A stretch of 64,000 bases of DNA, taken from positions 3,658,001 through 3,722,000 of the forward strand of contig NC_134025.1 in NCBI RefSeq assembly GCF_964204645.1. Direction: 5' to 3'. The stretch comes from Tubulanus polymorphus. Lineage: Eukaryota; Animalia; Nemertea. The position numbers and the translations under genes were made by a program. Below, in pieces: positions 25,701 to 41,319 of the stretch (position 1 is its first letter; each line of letters opens with the position of its first letter). Under the pieces are notes generated by a model. That model was not told the DNA's origin. It made no database searches and saw only the letters and a program-made list of their open reading frames with translations.

Positions 25701-28700
25701 GACAGGATATAGGTATAGTGTTGACAAGCAAAAGGGATTTAATCAGGATCTGTACGGGATCAAATGCGTATTCGGGTAGAGATATATATAAATGACACTA
25801 AACATCCATTTGCGCCACCGTGGAAGCCAAAAACATCCGCATTTCTCCGCATCTCACAGAATGAAATGATTCATGGATTAGTGAGTCTTTTTAGAAATAG
25901 ATATATCCTAGTACAATGATGAAAGTCAAAGTCAAACTCATCATATCCATCAATTTGGTTCCAGTACATTATCAACCACTTGTCATGTAGCGCGCTATAT
26001 TCGTAACATTTTCCGGCAGCATTCGGCAAAACTCGGCCGCCGGTGATGATTAAAGCTGACGAAAGATATAGCTATAACCTGAAGGCTTCATGAAACGTTA
26101 TTGATAGACAGAGATGCGAGAAGCGGGGGCGTAAATATCTATATGAGGGGTTAGTATGTTCTTATTTAAAGTGTGAGCAGGAATGCCATGTATCACAACC
26201 TACCACCAATGACGTCACAACTAACGTCGACTTTTCCTAAAATAAAGAGTACATATATATATAATGCCTCAGTAAGAGGCCATCATTTATCGCTAAGAAC
26301 TTTCTAAATATCTCTTACGTTGACACGAATCAATCACATTACAAAACACATTTAACATGAAAATATTTTCAACGTAATGATTGTGCAACATCCATGCACT
26401 AAAAATGTTTTTTTTTTCTCCAGAATTTCAATTCATTTACGATTTAAATGCGAAATAAGAATACACATAAAACGGTTTTGATGCAAATGTGTCGATGGAA
26501 TGAAATAAGCATGTGCTTTTAATAAACGGAACGTACATATGATTTCAGACGATATTGATAATAGATAAACATGACGTTTCTTTTTTTTCGGGATTTTTAC
26601 GTTTTTAAGCAACAATACAACACATTGTATTGGATATTTTAGAGGTCTTGTACGTACCTGTATTGATGTGACCCTCAATGTTTCATTGAATCCGTATTTA
26701 CTGTTTGGAAGAGAGGCGCCTCGTTGTAGAAAGTTCGTTGTAAAATTCAGTTTGTCCTTTGGATTCCAGTCTCCGATCTTCAAAACGAAATGTATTCAAA
26801 CATATATCATCTATAATTGTGTTTTATTGCGGCAATTCAATAACATTCGATATTCAAAATTAGACGATTTAATCCTAGTCATTTGAAAATTTCAAGATTA
26901 TTATGTGGCAGGTGCAGACTACACTTATTCATCCATCCAGTAATGAATCTTACCAGTTCAAATCCCGCTTCCGTAAGACACAGTATTTCCAGTTTGAAGT
27001 CCGTTCTACGACCCTGCTGTAATGGCTGTATGGTCCCTGATAAGGTTGACAATGGTAGCTCGTCACCCTCTCCAAATCTTTCCTAAAATATACAGAATAG
27101 TTGTTTTCATGATATCGGTCCCGATTATAAAACATAGAAGTTCTATGCCGTCCATCAATGTCTCTAAGTCTTATTTCTTATCTTGCTGATGTTTTGGGAA
27201 GTGAAATAGTCAATTTTTCATTATTTCAATATACATGTAATCAGCATTCTCACCAAGAATATTGATACGATCGAAATATGAGACGCATAGGTTTTTTGAT
27301 ATTTCAATTTTATTTGAAAAAGGTTTTGAATCGAAGCCATGCGTTTGCGGTCAAAGAAATGTTTTTTAACAAAACACTAAGCGTCAATTGACTGGATTAG
27401 AACGAGTGCTGTTCGTCCAGTTGTTTTCACGTGAATTAATTCGTGGATCAGCGTAATTAAAAAACTTGCGGCCGAGAAAAGATTATTAGCACATCATAAT
27501 CCGTCCTTCGCTCAAATTATTGAATTCACTGAGTAGAATTACGGGACGGATTAAAATCAATGATTGTAATGCATGCGTGATGTGCTCTGCGACATGATTT
27601 AAGAGAAATACACAAGATGCCGTTGGCAGATATAGATTGACATTATAATAGTCCACGTAGAGAAACACAAAATATAGATTGCAATTAATCTATCTTTAAA
27701 ATCTGATGAATCATCATCAAGACTCGGGAAGAAGTTTAAATGAAAGCCGGTCGAGTGATGCGTGGCGGTGGCATGCTCAGAATCATGTTCAATTCAGACG
27801 ATGCTAATATAACCATAGCGAAGATGAAGCATTTGATAATTACCAGGATATTTTGGTCCTCATCGAACTGTAAAAGGTGCATCAAAGATGATGACAAAAT
27901 AATCAAACAAAATGAATCAGACAGTGACAGTGCATGGTTAAAAGTACAACTAAGTTGTCAGTGCTCGGGTAGAAATGAAATGAAAGCCAATTTACAAAAT
28001 GACACTGTGGTAATAAAGTTGGACTTGTTCTCGCTAACTGATATTTCTGAATGCTTTAGTACATATCTTGGAGCTGATTTTACTTCGCTCTAACTAAGCC
28101 CATTTATGGCCACAGTTATCATCTTACGTATAAGTGAAGCAATGCCTACAATATCATCGGAAGGAGCCTGAAAACATAAATGATAGATACAGGTGAGAGT
28201 CTAAAAAAGAAGAAAGTAGATCGTAGACCATTAGCACTTCATCAAAACTTCATGCACCACACTGATTTGATTACTGAATATCATAAATTGTTTTTTCTCA
28301 TTTTAGAAACTCTTTGTTCAGCAAATATTTTCATGTGTTTCATGTATGTTTGGGCGGACCTAACGTGAAGCAACGTTTTTTTTCTGCTTATAACTATTAT
28401 GCGTACCAGATTCATATAGTTGTAGACGCTGCTACCGTAACTCCACGCCTCTTCCCCATCACACGATAGGTTCGCCATCCTGATGTCTTGACTGTGTTGG
28501 ATCTCTTTCAGCCCGTAAGCTAACATATACACGGCATCGTACATCAAAGCTGCTTCCGTCTAGAATTAATAGATTGAACAATCCATTATGATAATTAATT
28601 TATGGCCCACCTAATTTACCTTTTCCAGCGGGAAGAAGAAAATTGATGCTGAGATGATAGCGACTTTTATTAATTCAATTCCCCGCTGTAAAAAGATACA

Positions 28701-31700
28701 AAAAACGGCAAAGTTGCTTTTGTGACTTGTGAGCCGACCTTGATAATCTTTGGATTTGTTGAGTTCAGTAAAATGAGGTTTGATGTCGCTTGATAGAATG
28801 ACATTTCGTTAAGTAATGACCGAACGCGTGGATCTTCTCTAGGAATTAATCTAAATGCAGTCAAATTGACGTAGTTGTACCGGAAATCCTCCATATCTAT
28901 TGTTTCCGTATCCTATAAAATATCGTGATTAACGCATTTGACATTATGGATTAGAATCAAACAATCTATTTCAATGATATTCAGTCTTAATACTGAACCT
29001 AGATGACATCATTGACGAATAGTTCATATCATTGCGAATAGAGAAGCTTACCAGGTTGGTTAGAATGTATTTATGATTGGAATTTACCATGCCTTCTTGG
29101 AGAGCCTGAGGAGATAAAAAACGATGTTGGAAATCTTAGAACGAGCTTATTGTTACCGTTGCTTTGGTAGTAGCAGCCATCAGTATTTCGATGCATTCAA
29201 CCAAATCTTTACTCACTATTTTGAGCATTGATAGTGTATCATCAACGTTTAGGTCAACGAGGATATTGTGCCAGTTTTTCATTTCAGCTTCGCGCAATGT
29301 TACGCGCATGTTTCCATTGTTAACTTGACGAACGATGATACTCATTTCTCCGCGATTACTCATTTTCAGGAGATTTTGCAACTTGAGTAATCCTGAAAAA
29401 AATACACAGAGATATACGCGAAGATAGCAAGTGTTTTTCGACCGCTGTCAATAGCAGAAAATTGTAGCGTTATACATGACGTGATTGGTCAATTTATTGG
29501 TCATCAAGAAAATGACGATAAGCACATCTCTTTTGTTTTTGTAGCTGATCACAGCAATTACACACGCATTAACAAGTTGCGTAGCTCAGAACAGATAATT
29601 GGTCATACGCAAAACGCGATGAAAAGGGGGATTTCTTCGATATTTTTGCCATGCTGATATTTGATATCGGGTGGCGGATGATTATTGTGAGCGAAATATT
29701 GGCGACAAAAATGGCTTCCTACCGTATTGATCTCCGTATAAAACTAGAATCCTTGTCCACCGGTAAAACGAGATTAGGTCTACGAATGCATTGGCTAGAA
29801 TATCTGCTTCTGGATATAGATTTATCGAAAATATTTTTCTCAAGTCCGACCGTGTTTCCAGTCGGGCCTCGAAGTGCGGAACGTCTAACGCGTTACAAAT
29901 CGAGTTAACGTGAGTGGCCATTTGAGATTCTTGCGGTCCGAATAAAGCGACCACGCCTCTGTTCAGCAGATGACAAGCTAAAATACAGAAATATGAATTC
30001 ATGAGAAGTTCGTGCATTTGCAGACAGGATGAAATTATTGTCATTAATGAAACAACTATAGTTTCGTCACCCCATTAAGAACCTTGTTGCTTATACTCTT
30101 TCCTAATGCAACAAAAATCGATGTTATCTTGCATTGACTGTTCATTAATAACAAAGGGATAAACAGTACAATAGAGGCCAATCATCAAATGGAGGTCCCA
30201 TTACTGACACCCGCTGTTAACCAATACGGAGTGTTCATAATAGATATATTGCACGCATGACAAAATCTAAACAAACTAAAACATACAGAACAAAACAAAA
30301 TGAGTTTATATAAAATATAAACGTTAGATTGAAGTTCTTGAGTGTTGTTTTTTTCTTTAATACGATTTTTCGAGTTGACTGTAGCTCCTCAATATGACAC
30401 CTGTGGTCAAGTATATATAACGCGGTGTTGACCATCATGACCGAACGTTACACCTGATACAAAGCTGTCTCGAGGTTGATTACTCAATTATCGTTTATCT
30501 GAGCCGACATGAAATTATTTGTATTCGTGCAGTCCACGGTGAGGATAACCCGTAATGTTGTCATTTCATTTTACTGTTATGATGGTCTGACTATCTAATG
30601 ATTCCATATTATGACATGATTTGGTCGGTGACGTATGGACGAAGCTACTTTGGGGGGATATGACGACGGACTACCGCAGTCAACAGCAACGCCGTGTGCT
30701 TTTTCAACGAAGACACGAAATAATAGAAAAACAAGTCGCGAAAGGCATCCCTAAGTAGCGACGGCTTTTTGATGCAGTCGAACAATATGAATGTGATTTA
30801 CACAAAGTGACCGCTGAATATGGGGGCACCTTGGGAAGAGGGAGCGCAGTCTTATATCGAAATATGTCTATATCCTCTCATAGGAATCGGACGAAAAGAT
30901 CTTAACGTTTGATAATCAAAAGATGATGAAGGCATTATTATCAAAAAGCTAGATTCAGATGATATTCTGATATAGACATATACAATTGTTGTCGCTATAA
31001 ACTATTTTGCCTTGAAAAAGTTTTTATATGGAATCATTTGTATAGAAATGACTTCTAATTAGCCCAAGATATCCTATTATCTGTCAGAAGCAACATTTTC
31101 GCTTTCATTTCGGCACGGGACTCATATACCAGCTCATATATATCAACTGTTTTCCTTCTCGATTTTATAAACGATGAATCAAATCGTGACTTCAGTAAAT
31201 TAATGAGCCGATAAATAGATTTAGATTTTATGGCGAAATATAAGGCATGCGATCAGTTTCTCAAATGACGGATGTATAGAATGCTATGCAAGGCAATCAC
31301 GGTAAAAGATACATTGGTTCGTAATGAGACACGCATAAAATATCTTACATGAGAATTCCAAAATTTAAGTTTAATTATTCGCATATGTGCATCGTTAGTT
31401 CAGTAAGTATCGATTCGAAACTTAAAACGGGTGTAAAATTGAAATACGATGGAAACTAACGACCAAGTCGATCAAGTCTATAACCCCTTGCATAACGATT
31501 CCTCATACGCCCAACGTTATCGGCCACAGCGATAGTCATTACTATTTTCATTTCTATCAAAAGCTAATTCCACTTTTCAAAAGGCAAACACGCGTATTAA
31601 TAAGAAGCCCACTCCCTTGGTCGTTGGTTGTTCTTTTGATGTAAATTATTTTCCTTCTACCTGCAAGCTAGCACGGCGCGCTGGTGTATCAGTGCACGAG

Positions 31701-34700
31701 TCATTAGGCTTGACTCCTGTTCCCTGTCAAGATAATAGCTAACACCCCGGGCAACGAACACAACCAGACGAATGCGAATCTCCTTCAAGAAACATCAACT
31801 GGAGCAGCAAACTTGAACGACTGATTTTACGAATAGAGTTAGTGTCGATAAATATTTTTCTTTATTATTTTTATAGTTCAAAAGTAGAAACTCCATCTTG
31901 TTGTCAAGTTGGTATATATGATCTTGCAGTAGATATCTACCAGGGGATTTTTGCACACATGAGTATCAGGGGATGACGGGAACACAGCTGTTTTCCCAAA
32001 TGAAATTCAATTAAAACGAACCTTGCACGATTCCTGACGCGCACGGTTGTTCTCAAGAAGTGGAGTCACGTAACATTCTAATTGGTCCATAAGACGCTTA
32101 AAGTTTTGTGAAACGAGAAATTTGCGAATATTTCATTGGAATAACGAGAGTAGTTGCGTAAGAATTTCAAAGTCATCGCCTTTTAGGATCTGACGTCGAG
32201 CGAGTTGCCGATGAGAGCTAAACAGTTTCCACCGTCGTCAGATGATACTATCATAACTAAATGTTCGATTATTTCCGCCTGACAGGAGCGAGTGATTCAT
32301 GACTCGAAACACCATAAATCATCGACAGTTTGAAATGTGCAAGAGAATCTAAGTGTGTAATAGGGGATGATCTGGAAGCCACGGCACCGGTTCCAATTAG
32401 GCTAGATTTCTAGCTGATGATGCGCTTGCATGACTTGTCGTCAGTCCCCCTTATCATCGAAGACTGAATACGTGAAGTCAAGAATGACTTAACCGCTTCT
32501 GAAAAACATGTTGTATATCAAACATCGCGAAAAACGGACAGGCAACCGGGAATTGAGAACAAGTCCGCATTATGCGCATGGCCGCCGTCATATGTAACAA
32601 CGCTGCCCTGGAGCAGCACACTAATATGGACGACCTTCAGAGCTTCATCTCATTCGTCTTCATAAAACTATAGGCCATTATATGGAGGGTTAGCCCACGC
32701 ATATACACAATATCGCTGAAGTAGTGAACATGCGAACAACGAACAAAACATGGAAAAAACATTCGAAACATTTGTTTTTGAAGATGAGATCTAAAGGCAA
32801 ACACAAGTCATGTATATGTTTCAGATACAGCATGATAGATGTAGTTTTATCTAATTCCCAACCTTCAGCGACATCGTATCGTCTGCGCGCGAACGCGGGA
32901 GAAATCATCTATAAATCTTCACATGATTGATTGAAAAAACATTTCCGAGCCACGAACTTCCGCGACCTTGATAAGATGTACTCGGCTCCTAGTGGAATCC
33001 GGTCTTAATTAGTAGCTTAAAACGAACACTTGAGAAACGCTCGTTCCACCTTCAATCCGATCTGATAAACATAGATCGATCGATCGATTGTACAAACAGG
33101 GGAAAATTGAAAGTTAACCCATCAATAATATGCGCCATTATCCAGACAGTTTCGAAATTCATCGCTTAAACTACACACACATGCCAATAATTACGTTACG
33201 AGACAAATGTCGCCAAAATTAACGATGTTCACCGTAGCCGATCATAGACGTCAGTCTATCCAATCACATCTCAAATATTATAACATACGCCTACTAGCGT
33301 TCATTATAGATTTATTGGCCGATTAAATTACCATTTGATATTTCGATGAAATCGTCTTCAATTTGGAAATTAAAACAATGGAGAAATGATTCTGAAATTT
33401 GCGTGTCTTATTTTCAAATAGCGAACCATCAAACCTGCCGAGAAACCTCCCGTCGTATCAGTCAACAGTTTTATCAGAGGTTCACAAAAGCCAGTGCATC
33501 CTGTAGCTCAGGAATATCCCAAAATCAATGGAAAAAAATAAGTCATTGTTAAGTTATGGCGAAAAAATCTATGATGAGTGGCCTCACCGCGGTATCGCCG
33601 TGGCGTCACACCCGCATCAGGTGCACGCTCAATTGTTCCTCATTCTAGTGAAACGACGATTAATTCCTGGAACCCGTCGAAAAGCAGATACGATATATAC
33701 CATAAACACGTTTCTGAAGCTCTTTAACAAGATAGACAATCTTATTTTACAAAGTGAACCATTTTTGAACTGTGTGAACTACTTCTGGGGCAAACAGTTA
33801 TTGCTGAACATGCACAGATGAAGTTACCAACTTGTTGAGTGGAATTGAATTCCTAAACAGAGGGTCGTCTTGAAGTCAGATATTTTTAGGGGTAAATTGC
33901 CTAAGCCCCGTGAAAGTGAAAAATATTATTGTTTCTAATCTACATTTATTGCATCTAATCGTTATTTCGGTAATTTGTTCCGCAAGTTTTCAGCCAAAGT
34001 GCCTTTATAAATGATTCAGATTGTTAGATCGCTATTGTACACGAACTCAAATAGAGAGATGAAGTGAAACGAAACACGCACGCAAACACATAAAACGAAA
34101 GGTCAGACGAATCTTGCAGACGAGATGAAAAAGACAATTTGTCAGCTTGCTTGTCCTGTGCGAAAAAGATTCATTATATCCGCGAAAGCGATCGAACTAC
34201 CAAATCGTTTATATATGTGACTCATATCGAAGGTATATCATCCTATCTTGTAAAGTATGAGAAAGGTCAAGGAGAGGAAAGACGATTCGGATCACTCAAT
34301 AAAGATAACAGCTGACTGAAATCCAATCGACCATCAACAGAAAATCATCGGTTTTCAAACCAGCTTACATCACGATTAATTACCATTTATCCTCATGTTG
34401 TAAGATGGAAATTAATCGACCTTTCTTGGTTGAAGCCAGCGTATTTGACTGGTGAGTTTTGTTCTCACTACTGCTCCTTATATTTGCTCTTTGTCAAGAT
34501 TGAATCATTGAATAATGTTTTCTCTCGGAAAGTCCGGTTAGTTTCAAAACTACAGCACGTGTATATATATACATAGCCACTTGCCGATTCAGTCCAAGCA
34601 GAAATAAAACACTTGACGTAAATTCCCTCGATGAATTTAATTTTGTTCTTGTGTGTGTGTGTGTTGGGAGATATTTTTGACAACTGACACAACCGATAAC

Positions 34701-35798
34701 CAACAAGGTCGAATAGGCCGGAGCAGTGATGATGGCGAATACTTATTTCAATGATTGACATGTCTCTAGAGATGACTTCTTCCTCGAAACTTCGTTTAGC
34801 ATGCGTGATTGATTTCTAAATCGCTTCTGCAAGAAGGACAAACAATCGAGTTACTGGCTTGGAGAATCTACTCGTCGAATGAATTCCCTGGTTAATGAAA
34901 ACATGATTTTTGAAATGATTTCACGTGTAAAGAATTCAGAAATTAGCGCGAAGCTCGCTCTGTGAATAAAATAAAAAGCCAGTAACGAAAATCGAGGTCG
35001 TTGAATAGAATTTGAAGATTCCGACGCACCTGGGCGTAGGATATAGAAAACACTCCCTTGGCCTAGGAGATTTCAGACTAAACGCCAAACATAAATAAGT
35101 CCATTCAAATGTACGCTGAATTATAAACTACTCGACTGACACATTGCAGCCAGAGCGACTGCGATAATGAAATTATGATATGGCCTAAAATGAGATAGAA
35201 AAGATGAGTATGATTGTCAGACAGACATGTGCAGTTACAATATTAATGGACAATATGTCAACGCTTTCCTCTAAGGGACTTGCAGTAATTGAGATGATGG
35301 GAAAATGGCCGACTATCTCTGAGAGTCGTCTTCTTTCAAAGGAAGATAAACCTCGACAAAGAAAAACTGTGGCCGACTGATAGACGGTTCACCCACCTGA
35401 GGGGGATAAATATACATTGGCAGAGTCGATTTAAGCACCACTCATATAGTATTATATTTGAGTTGCACGAAGAAGGATGCCATTTGACACCTCCTATGGA
35501 CACATCCTATTCAACAAAAACGGTGGTCATCACCTGCACCAACAACTATGCGATTTTGTTGGAAAATCGATGATTGAACTTTATAAATTCGACTCATATT
35601 TTCACTGAAAAAAATGATTATTACTTATTTTACCTTTTCTGCCTGCTTGATAGCTATCAGGTGCACCACCAAGTCGTTGGACATTCAGTTCGAGAACAGT
35701 ATCTTTTAACAATGTCGAATCACGGTTGATGCGTTCAATTGCGAATTGTATTGTGTTCTCAATTTGGTTGTTTATTTTCCCGGCACCAAATAAACCAC
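19788..35798 (-). CDS. Ionotropic glutamate receptor subunit, kainate type (5' end incomplete)
   Basis: Phase-consistent exons 35634-35798, 29723-29977, 29217-29392, 29052-29105, 28739-28912, 28407-28559, 26954-27082, 26658-26777 (amino-terminal domain), 23899-24105 (S1, YEGFCIDLL), 23252-23812 ([18 protein letters not shown]1, pore TLMQQGSD, M3 [17 protein letters not shown]), 21166-21391 ([19 protein letters not shown]), 20761-21020 (KWWK, M4 VGGIFVVL) and 19788-20099 ([17 protein letters not shown]... tail typical of invertebrate kainate-like subunits). Confidence 0.96.
20311..20346 (-). CDS. Candidate 36-nt cassette exon in the glutamate receptor C-tail ([12 protein letters not shown])
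   Basis: Acceptor tccttgccttttag, donor AAG|gtgcgt, phase 0-0, no stop; lies between ...AQTDR and QSLCSEM.... Confidence 0.5.
21868..22220. mobile_element. Palindromic (foldback/MITE-like) element with tRNA-derived A/B-box arms
   Basis: Arms ~21868-21972 and ~22111-22220 are ~105-bp imperfect inverted repeats; the right arm reads TGGCTGAGTGT...GGTTCGAGTCC; TTAA at both outer ends; inverted CCAAT motifs (gccaatcaga / tctgattgg) inside. Confidence 0.75.
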
Positions 35799-38700
35799 CT
35801 GTAAATAACAGAAACCATTAATGAAATTCAGTTAACGTACATTATGATTTTTTTTTCTGATAAGTTACTGCGTGCAAAGACTCCCGTGTCTAATCGATGT
35901 TGACAAATCATCGAAAAAACGCATTAATTTTCATAAAACGAAGGTTTACGACGTGTCCTTTTTAATAGAAACAAATGACGATATTATCCCTGATGAGGAA
36001 ATGAAAAAACCCATTAAATTTGTGCCAATCGGTAGCTGATTATTTCGGTCTTATTTTCATGTGACTTTTAATTCATTCAACCACGAATCATCGAGCGAGG
36101 ACTCGTCGTTAAGCGCACCGAATCTTGCAAATATCGGGATACACGATTGGGGCACGCAGTATTCAGAGCTCATTGACATCGATATTTGCAAGTAGTTTAT
36201 TTTATGCATCAATTGTTCTGCGGTTTGCCAACTATGCATAGTGGTACCTGCTAACCGAAAGTCATTTTCCGGTAATGGTAACAAGTTATCGTACCAATGA
36301 TTACCCTGATCCTTGTTGCCCGATAAGCAACTGATAAGCGTTCGGTCTCCCTATCATTGAGTGATTGGCGTTAACGTACTCACTATAATTACGTTAGTGC
36401 CTACTTATAAACGGGCGTCGGATTGCAAAGCAACTCCGCATATCTCCGAAGATTCCTCGAATAAACTGCATCCATAATCTGAGCAGAATTGACCGAACCC
36501 GACACAACAAAAAAAATCGGTCGTTACTTATTTCAAATTGATCGGCAATTTTCGTGAAACCATCAGGAAACGACCAGAAAGCCGGCGACATGGAAATGAT
36601 GGAAAGTATTCACTAGCGTCTTCCATTAAGATATAGTTCTTTATCAGGATATATATTTAGCGAAGGAAAAAATTCTGAAACTGTCTACAAAGAAAGTATT
36701 TTTCTAAAAACTAGATTTAATGAAATTCAATGTTGAAAGATGATTTCGCGAACGGAACCGTTCGTGCACGTCTTAATCGGTTTTCGAGTTCATAGCGAAA
36801 CCTTGGAAGTTTTCGATTTCGCGAACGAGCATCGCTTTTCGATAAATTGATAAACATTTCATCATTCATATCACCACAGTGCCTGTCTGCCGTATTTACA
36901 ATGAAGCTTTTACTTTCAGGTCGACGACAAAACGTCCCGCGGAATGAGCTTTCACGCCGCTACATGTGTACCCCGAGACGCTAGTTTCATTCAGATGGTA
37001 AATCGACAAGACGCGATGGCTTCTCTAATCTGGAAGTTTTTCTTATTATTATTTGTATAGATGAATTACATCGTTTCTAAATAAACCCGGAAACTATTTA
37101 GCGCCTCGTCTGTGTAGCTTCGCTCGTATACGACATCAGGCAATCAGTAAATTGATTTTCATTTTGACAGACCGAGGTTATGGATGAGCAATACGCTATC
37201 ATATTTCACAACGTTTCCTTAAAAATGGCCGCATGTCAAACTTCAGAGAGCAACCGACAATATAGTCATATTACAAACAATGAAAAGGAATGGATATTGT
37301 TCAAAAGACACATGTATAATCAAAACATTTCTATTCTTTTCGATTTCCTGGAGGAAAACTGGTAAAGAAGATATGAACGTTATTACATTTACATTTCAGA
37401 CCCTCAAATCCTCTACGATCGAATGAAAAAAAGAAGCTACGATCTTCAGGAATTATTTCTAAATGTTGTTTAGAAACGTCATGTCTTTTTCTCGTCTAAC
37501 GCAACTACATTTTTATAGATGGAAGAGATGTGCATTCGGGTTTTAATCACGTCTGATCTCTTGTACAGACTGCTTGGATTACACTATCAGCGGTTGTCGA
37601 CGTTGATCTGTGGACCGTCGGTTAAAAACGAGACCAGTTTCATCACGATCTAAAAAGCAATCTGAACGAATACTTAATTAAATTGAATACGAGCAACATA
37701 TGAATTTGAATCGGCATAAACTGCTCATATGAAGTCGGTTTACAGACAGATGCTTTTTCAAAGTAGTAAGTTTACTCTCGGCATGAAAGTGAAATTTAGA
37801 TCAAAATTGTTGGTCATTATTTGGTTTTCGGCAGCAGCTAAAATGTTCTCATTTGGTGGTCGTCCCTGGGTTTGGCTACTCACTCGTCACGAAGCATGAT
37901 ATATCTGTTCCCATTTCGGGCAATGGATATCAGGCTTTTAATGGATTACGTGGTTAATCTCGACTGATCAGAAATCTTCCATAGCTACCACTCTAAATAA
38001 TTGCAAAATTTACTCGCAGACTGTGTTTTAAGCCACTGCTCTGAGCTCACATCATGTCTCTCATATTGGCCTAATGGTAAACTTAGAGTTGTAGCCCGAA
38101 GTATTCCGGGACCTTGAAAACGCCATCTATGTTTCCAAGTCGCTATTCATTCTGTTTCATCGCTGAATTTTTGGTACGTTATTCGCAATATTATAACTAG
38201 TAACGTTATTCAATAACGACTTGTTTTTACTAAGTTTGCGTAGAACTTCGATCAAACTCCCTTTTACCAAAAGAATCCCCACGAGACTTATAGACGCTTC
38301 AGTCTTTTGTCCGGTTTAGTTAAGACTTTTCTCGTGAAATCCGAGAGAGACCAAGGGAATGATCGATCAGACTCTGGCCGAAACTAACATTCATCCCAGC
38401 CTGCCGTTAAATATACAGTCGAAACGAGTATGCTGTGGTAGCTATAGCTCTAAGCTATCAGCTATATAGCTACCAGTTCACCGCGTACCTGATCCACCTG
38501 TCATACCAACGTGGGCAAAGTAGATAACGACTCCCAACATCGTTAACAACGTTTAGTGTGTAAACATCATAATTGTGAAGAATCAAAAACAGAACCACGT
38601 ACACGCCACCCGATCGGCAGATGGTAGACGATGCAGGGAGATCCACCACGCCACGAATAACGAAACAACCTTAAACCATTTAGTAAAATTATACACAACC

Positions 38701-41319
38701 TCGATCTTCTTCTACCACTGAAAAATTCTATTCAGTTATTTTATTTAGTTTAAGTTACGAGTATACATTTTCCTAAGCTATGTAATGGTACTGCGCGGTT
38801 CATCGATATGGTTGCGCGTGGAATAACGCACCAACACGAAACTATAAAATACATCGACAATTTAATCTGGCAGCGTATCGAAAAATGATTAAACGACGCC
38901 AAGATATAGATTTTGTTTTCTTTAAGTCCTAGACTTGAATTGGCTACGTGCGTTAAGTCGCCAAGCGAACGGCTTCTACAGATGTTGTTTCCTTATATTA
39001 AAAAAAACTTAAGCCAGAAGACGGGAGACACAGACGACAATCAATGACTGTTCCTCAGTATAACTGTATCGATAACGAATACGACACTAATGATCAAAAT
39101 AATATTCTATAACATGAACTACCGATAGCGGGCGTGTTATCATATCTACTGCAACGGTAAGATACGGACCAGTCGCTTGCCGGCTTGCAGGCAGGTTGAA
39201 AGATTGTTTGAATGAACCGGAACCGAAATTTCTAATTATGTACTTTGATTTGAACAAAAAATGCCGTAAATTCGCCCGCCGACCACACAACTATATAAAT
39301 CCAATCAAAACAAATCAAACGAAATCCTACCACTTAGATAAATAACATGGTCAATCCCTATATTGTGATTAAAAAAAGTTACGGAACTCGCGCTGATGTG
39401 CTGGTCTCGGCTAAGAATATCACGGACGACTCTTAAGAGAAATGAAACTTTAATCAAATCTCAAAAGATTTACTCGCACTTTAAGCACACTTTGTAAGCA
39501 CAACAACCTACTCGCAAATGAAGAATTAATGATACATTATTACGACATCAATTATAGAACATCCCGCTAAGACAAATTAGCGCCATCATCTTAAAACCTG
39601 TTAAAGAAGTCTCCGATATTTCGTAACGCGAGCCCTAGGGAAAAATTTATTTGCAAATTCAGTGTTCCAATTCGATTGTCAAAAACATTATCGTCTGTAA
39701 AAATTAGACGCGGCGCTAGACGCGGTACTAGACTCTGGGGTGTTGATGACGGGTATAATCAAACTTAAGAACGTCACGACATCCAGAATAACCGGAGAGG
39801 GCTTGTCTGTACAACCCCGGCGAATGACTTCTTAATAACGTTTGATGAAACAGTGTATTCGGTATTTTCGATAGATTTTCAACTAGAAATACCAAGAATT
39901 TAAAACTACATCTGATGAAATGAGTATCAGTTCAGTTTAGCCGTGAGATGAGTCTAAGGGTATCGCGACACGGGCCCAGCACTCATCTGCTCTCAACCAG
40001 GCGGGAGAGAGTTGTTATATTTCTACCCAGACCACTTCTTGACGTTTACTTCATGATATAAGAGTCATGAATACAAACGTTTTCGAGTCATTTGACGAAT
40101 AGTTATCGGGTTTTAACGCGTTGACGGTATAACCCATAAAAATGGACGACTATATTTTGATAAAACTGTTGTTAGTTTATATTCGCTCGGCGCGATCTTC
40201 TGAAGTTAATTAATCATGAAGCACATTACATAGACGCTAATTGCCCGCTCCCGAAAATTCATCACGGGTTTCTTGAGGAGACGATTGCAGAATGAGATTG
40301 ATCAATCTTCCCGGGTAATGGCGTCAGTTTTTGACGCCCCGGCGAGAGACGAGCTGTTGTGTGGTGTGTGAGATTTAAATATAGTTCAAGCCCTCATTTG
40401 TAATATTTACTGGTGATTAAGGGACCATGTGTTTTATGATTAATCTGTCGTTGTCATTCGTCCCTGTGCCGCGCTAGACAAATTAATTATTGTTTTTGAA
40501 CGATTCTGATGTGATGTACGGCCCTGAATAACGTTTCCATTATTTCCCGCAGTTCATGTCTTAACTTGTGTCAATAAAAAGAGTCCTTGCAACCTGATTT
40601 CTATTTCGGAAAATATTTACTTCAATAATTGATGCAATTACTATTTTTTGAGTCAAGAAAATACGTGTAAGACTTCCAAATATTTTTCTTGAAATTCATT
40701 TATTTATGGTTGGGACTTATGCCAGGATCGAAGGGAAAAGGGATACAAAAGTCACGGTGTAATTCATTTACGCACTATTGTCTATTTCCAGATAAAATTA
40801 CTTATATCAGATATTTGTAGTTACTTTTCTACATTTCATTGCCTGAGAATAATTTACGAGGCTGTATCGCAATTTGTGACAATTTGCATGACATCCATTA
40901 CGATATTAAAGATTGATACGGTAGGAACCGCAGTGCGCAAATGACTGACATGGTCGTGGGCTCAACTGACCCCAAATCATGAAATATGTACCAGATACAT
41001 TTCACTACTCTTACATTACGCAATTGAATTTGGGGAAACTATTCACCTGAGGATAGAAACGGTCAGAGCAATTTATGGAGAAAAAATCCGGCATATGATA
41101 TATAACCAGTATATACACCATATTTTATAGGCAACTTCATGAATAAATGGATATAGGAATAGATTATATTATGATATAACATTAAGCGGACTTCTCTGTG
41201 ATTAACGATTATTTGATCTGCTATAGATTTAGAGTTGATTAGAGTTGATTTTAGGGTAATTTTCGGAATATTCCTTGCTCTCTCGTCAAGTTTAGGTCAT
41301 TTTAAAAGATCAAACCTAA

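Noticed and set aside
28128-28167. Extra receptor exon ([13 protein letters not shown]; or 18-nt APSDDI)
   Set aside because: The 40-nt form frameshifts, the flanking exons already join in frame, and the 18-nt form has a weak donor; it cannot be supported without reads.
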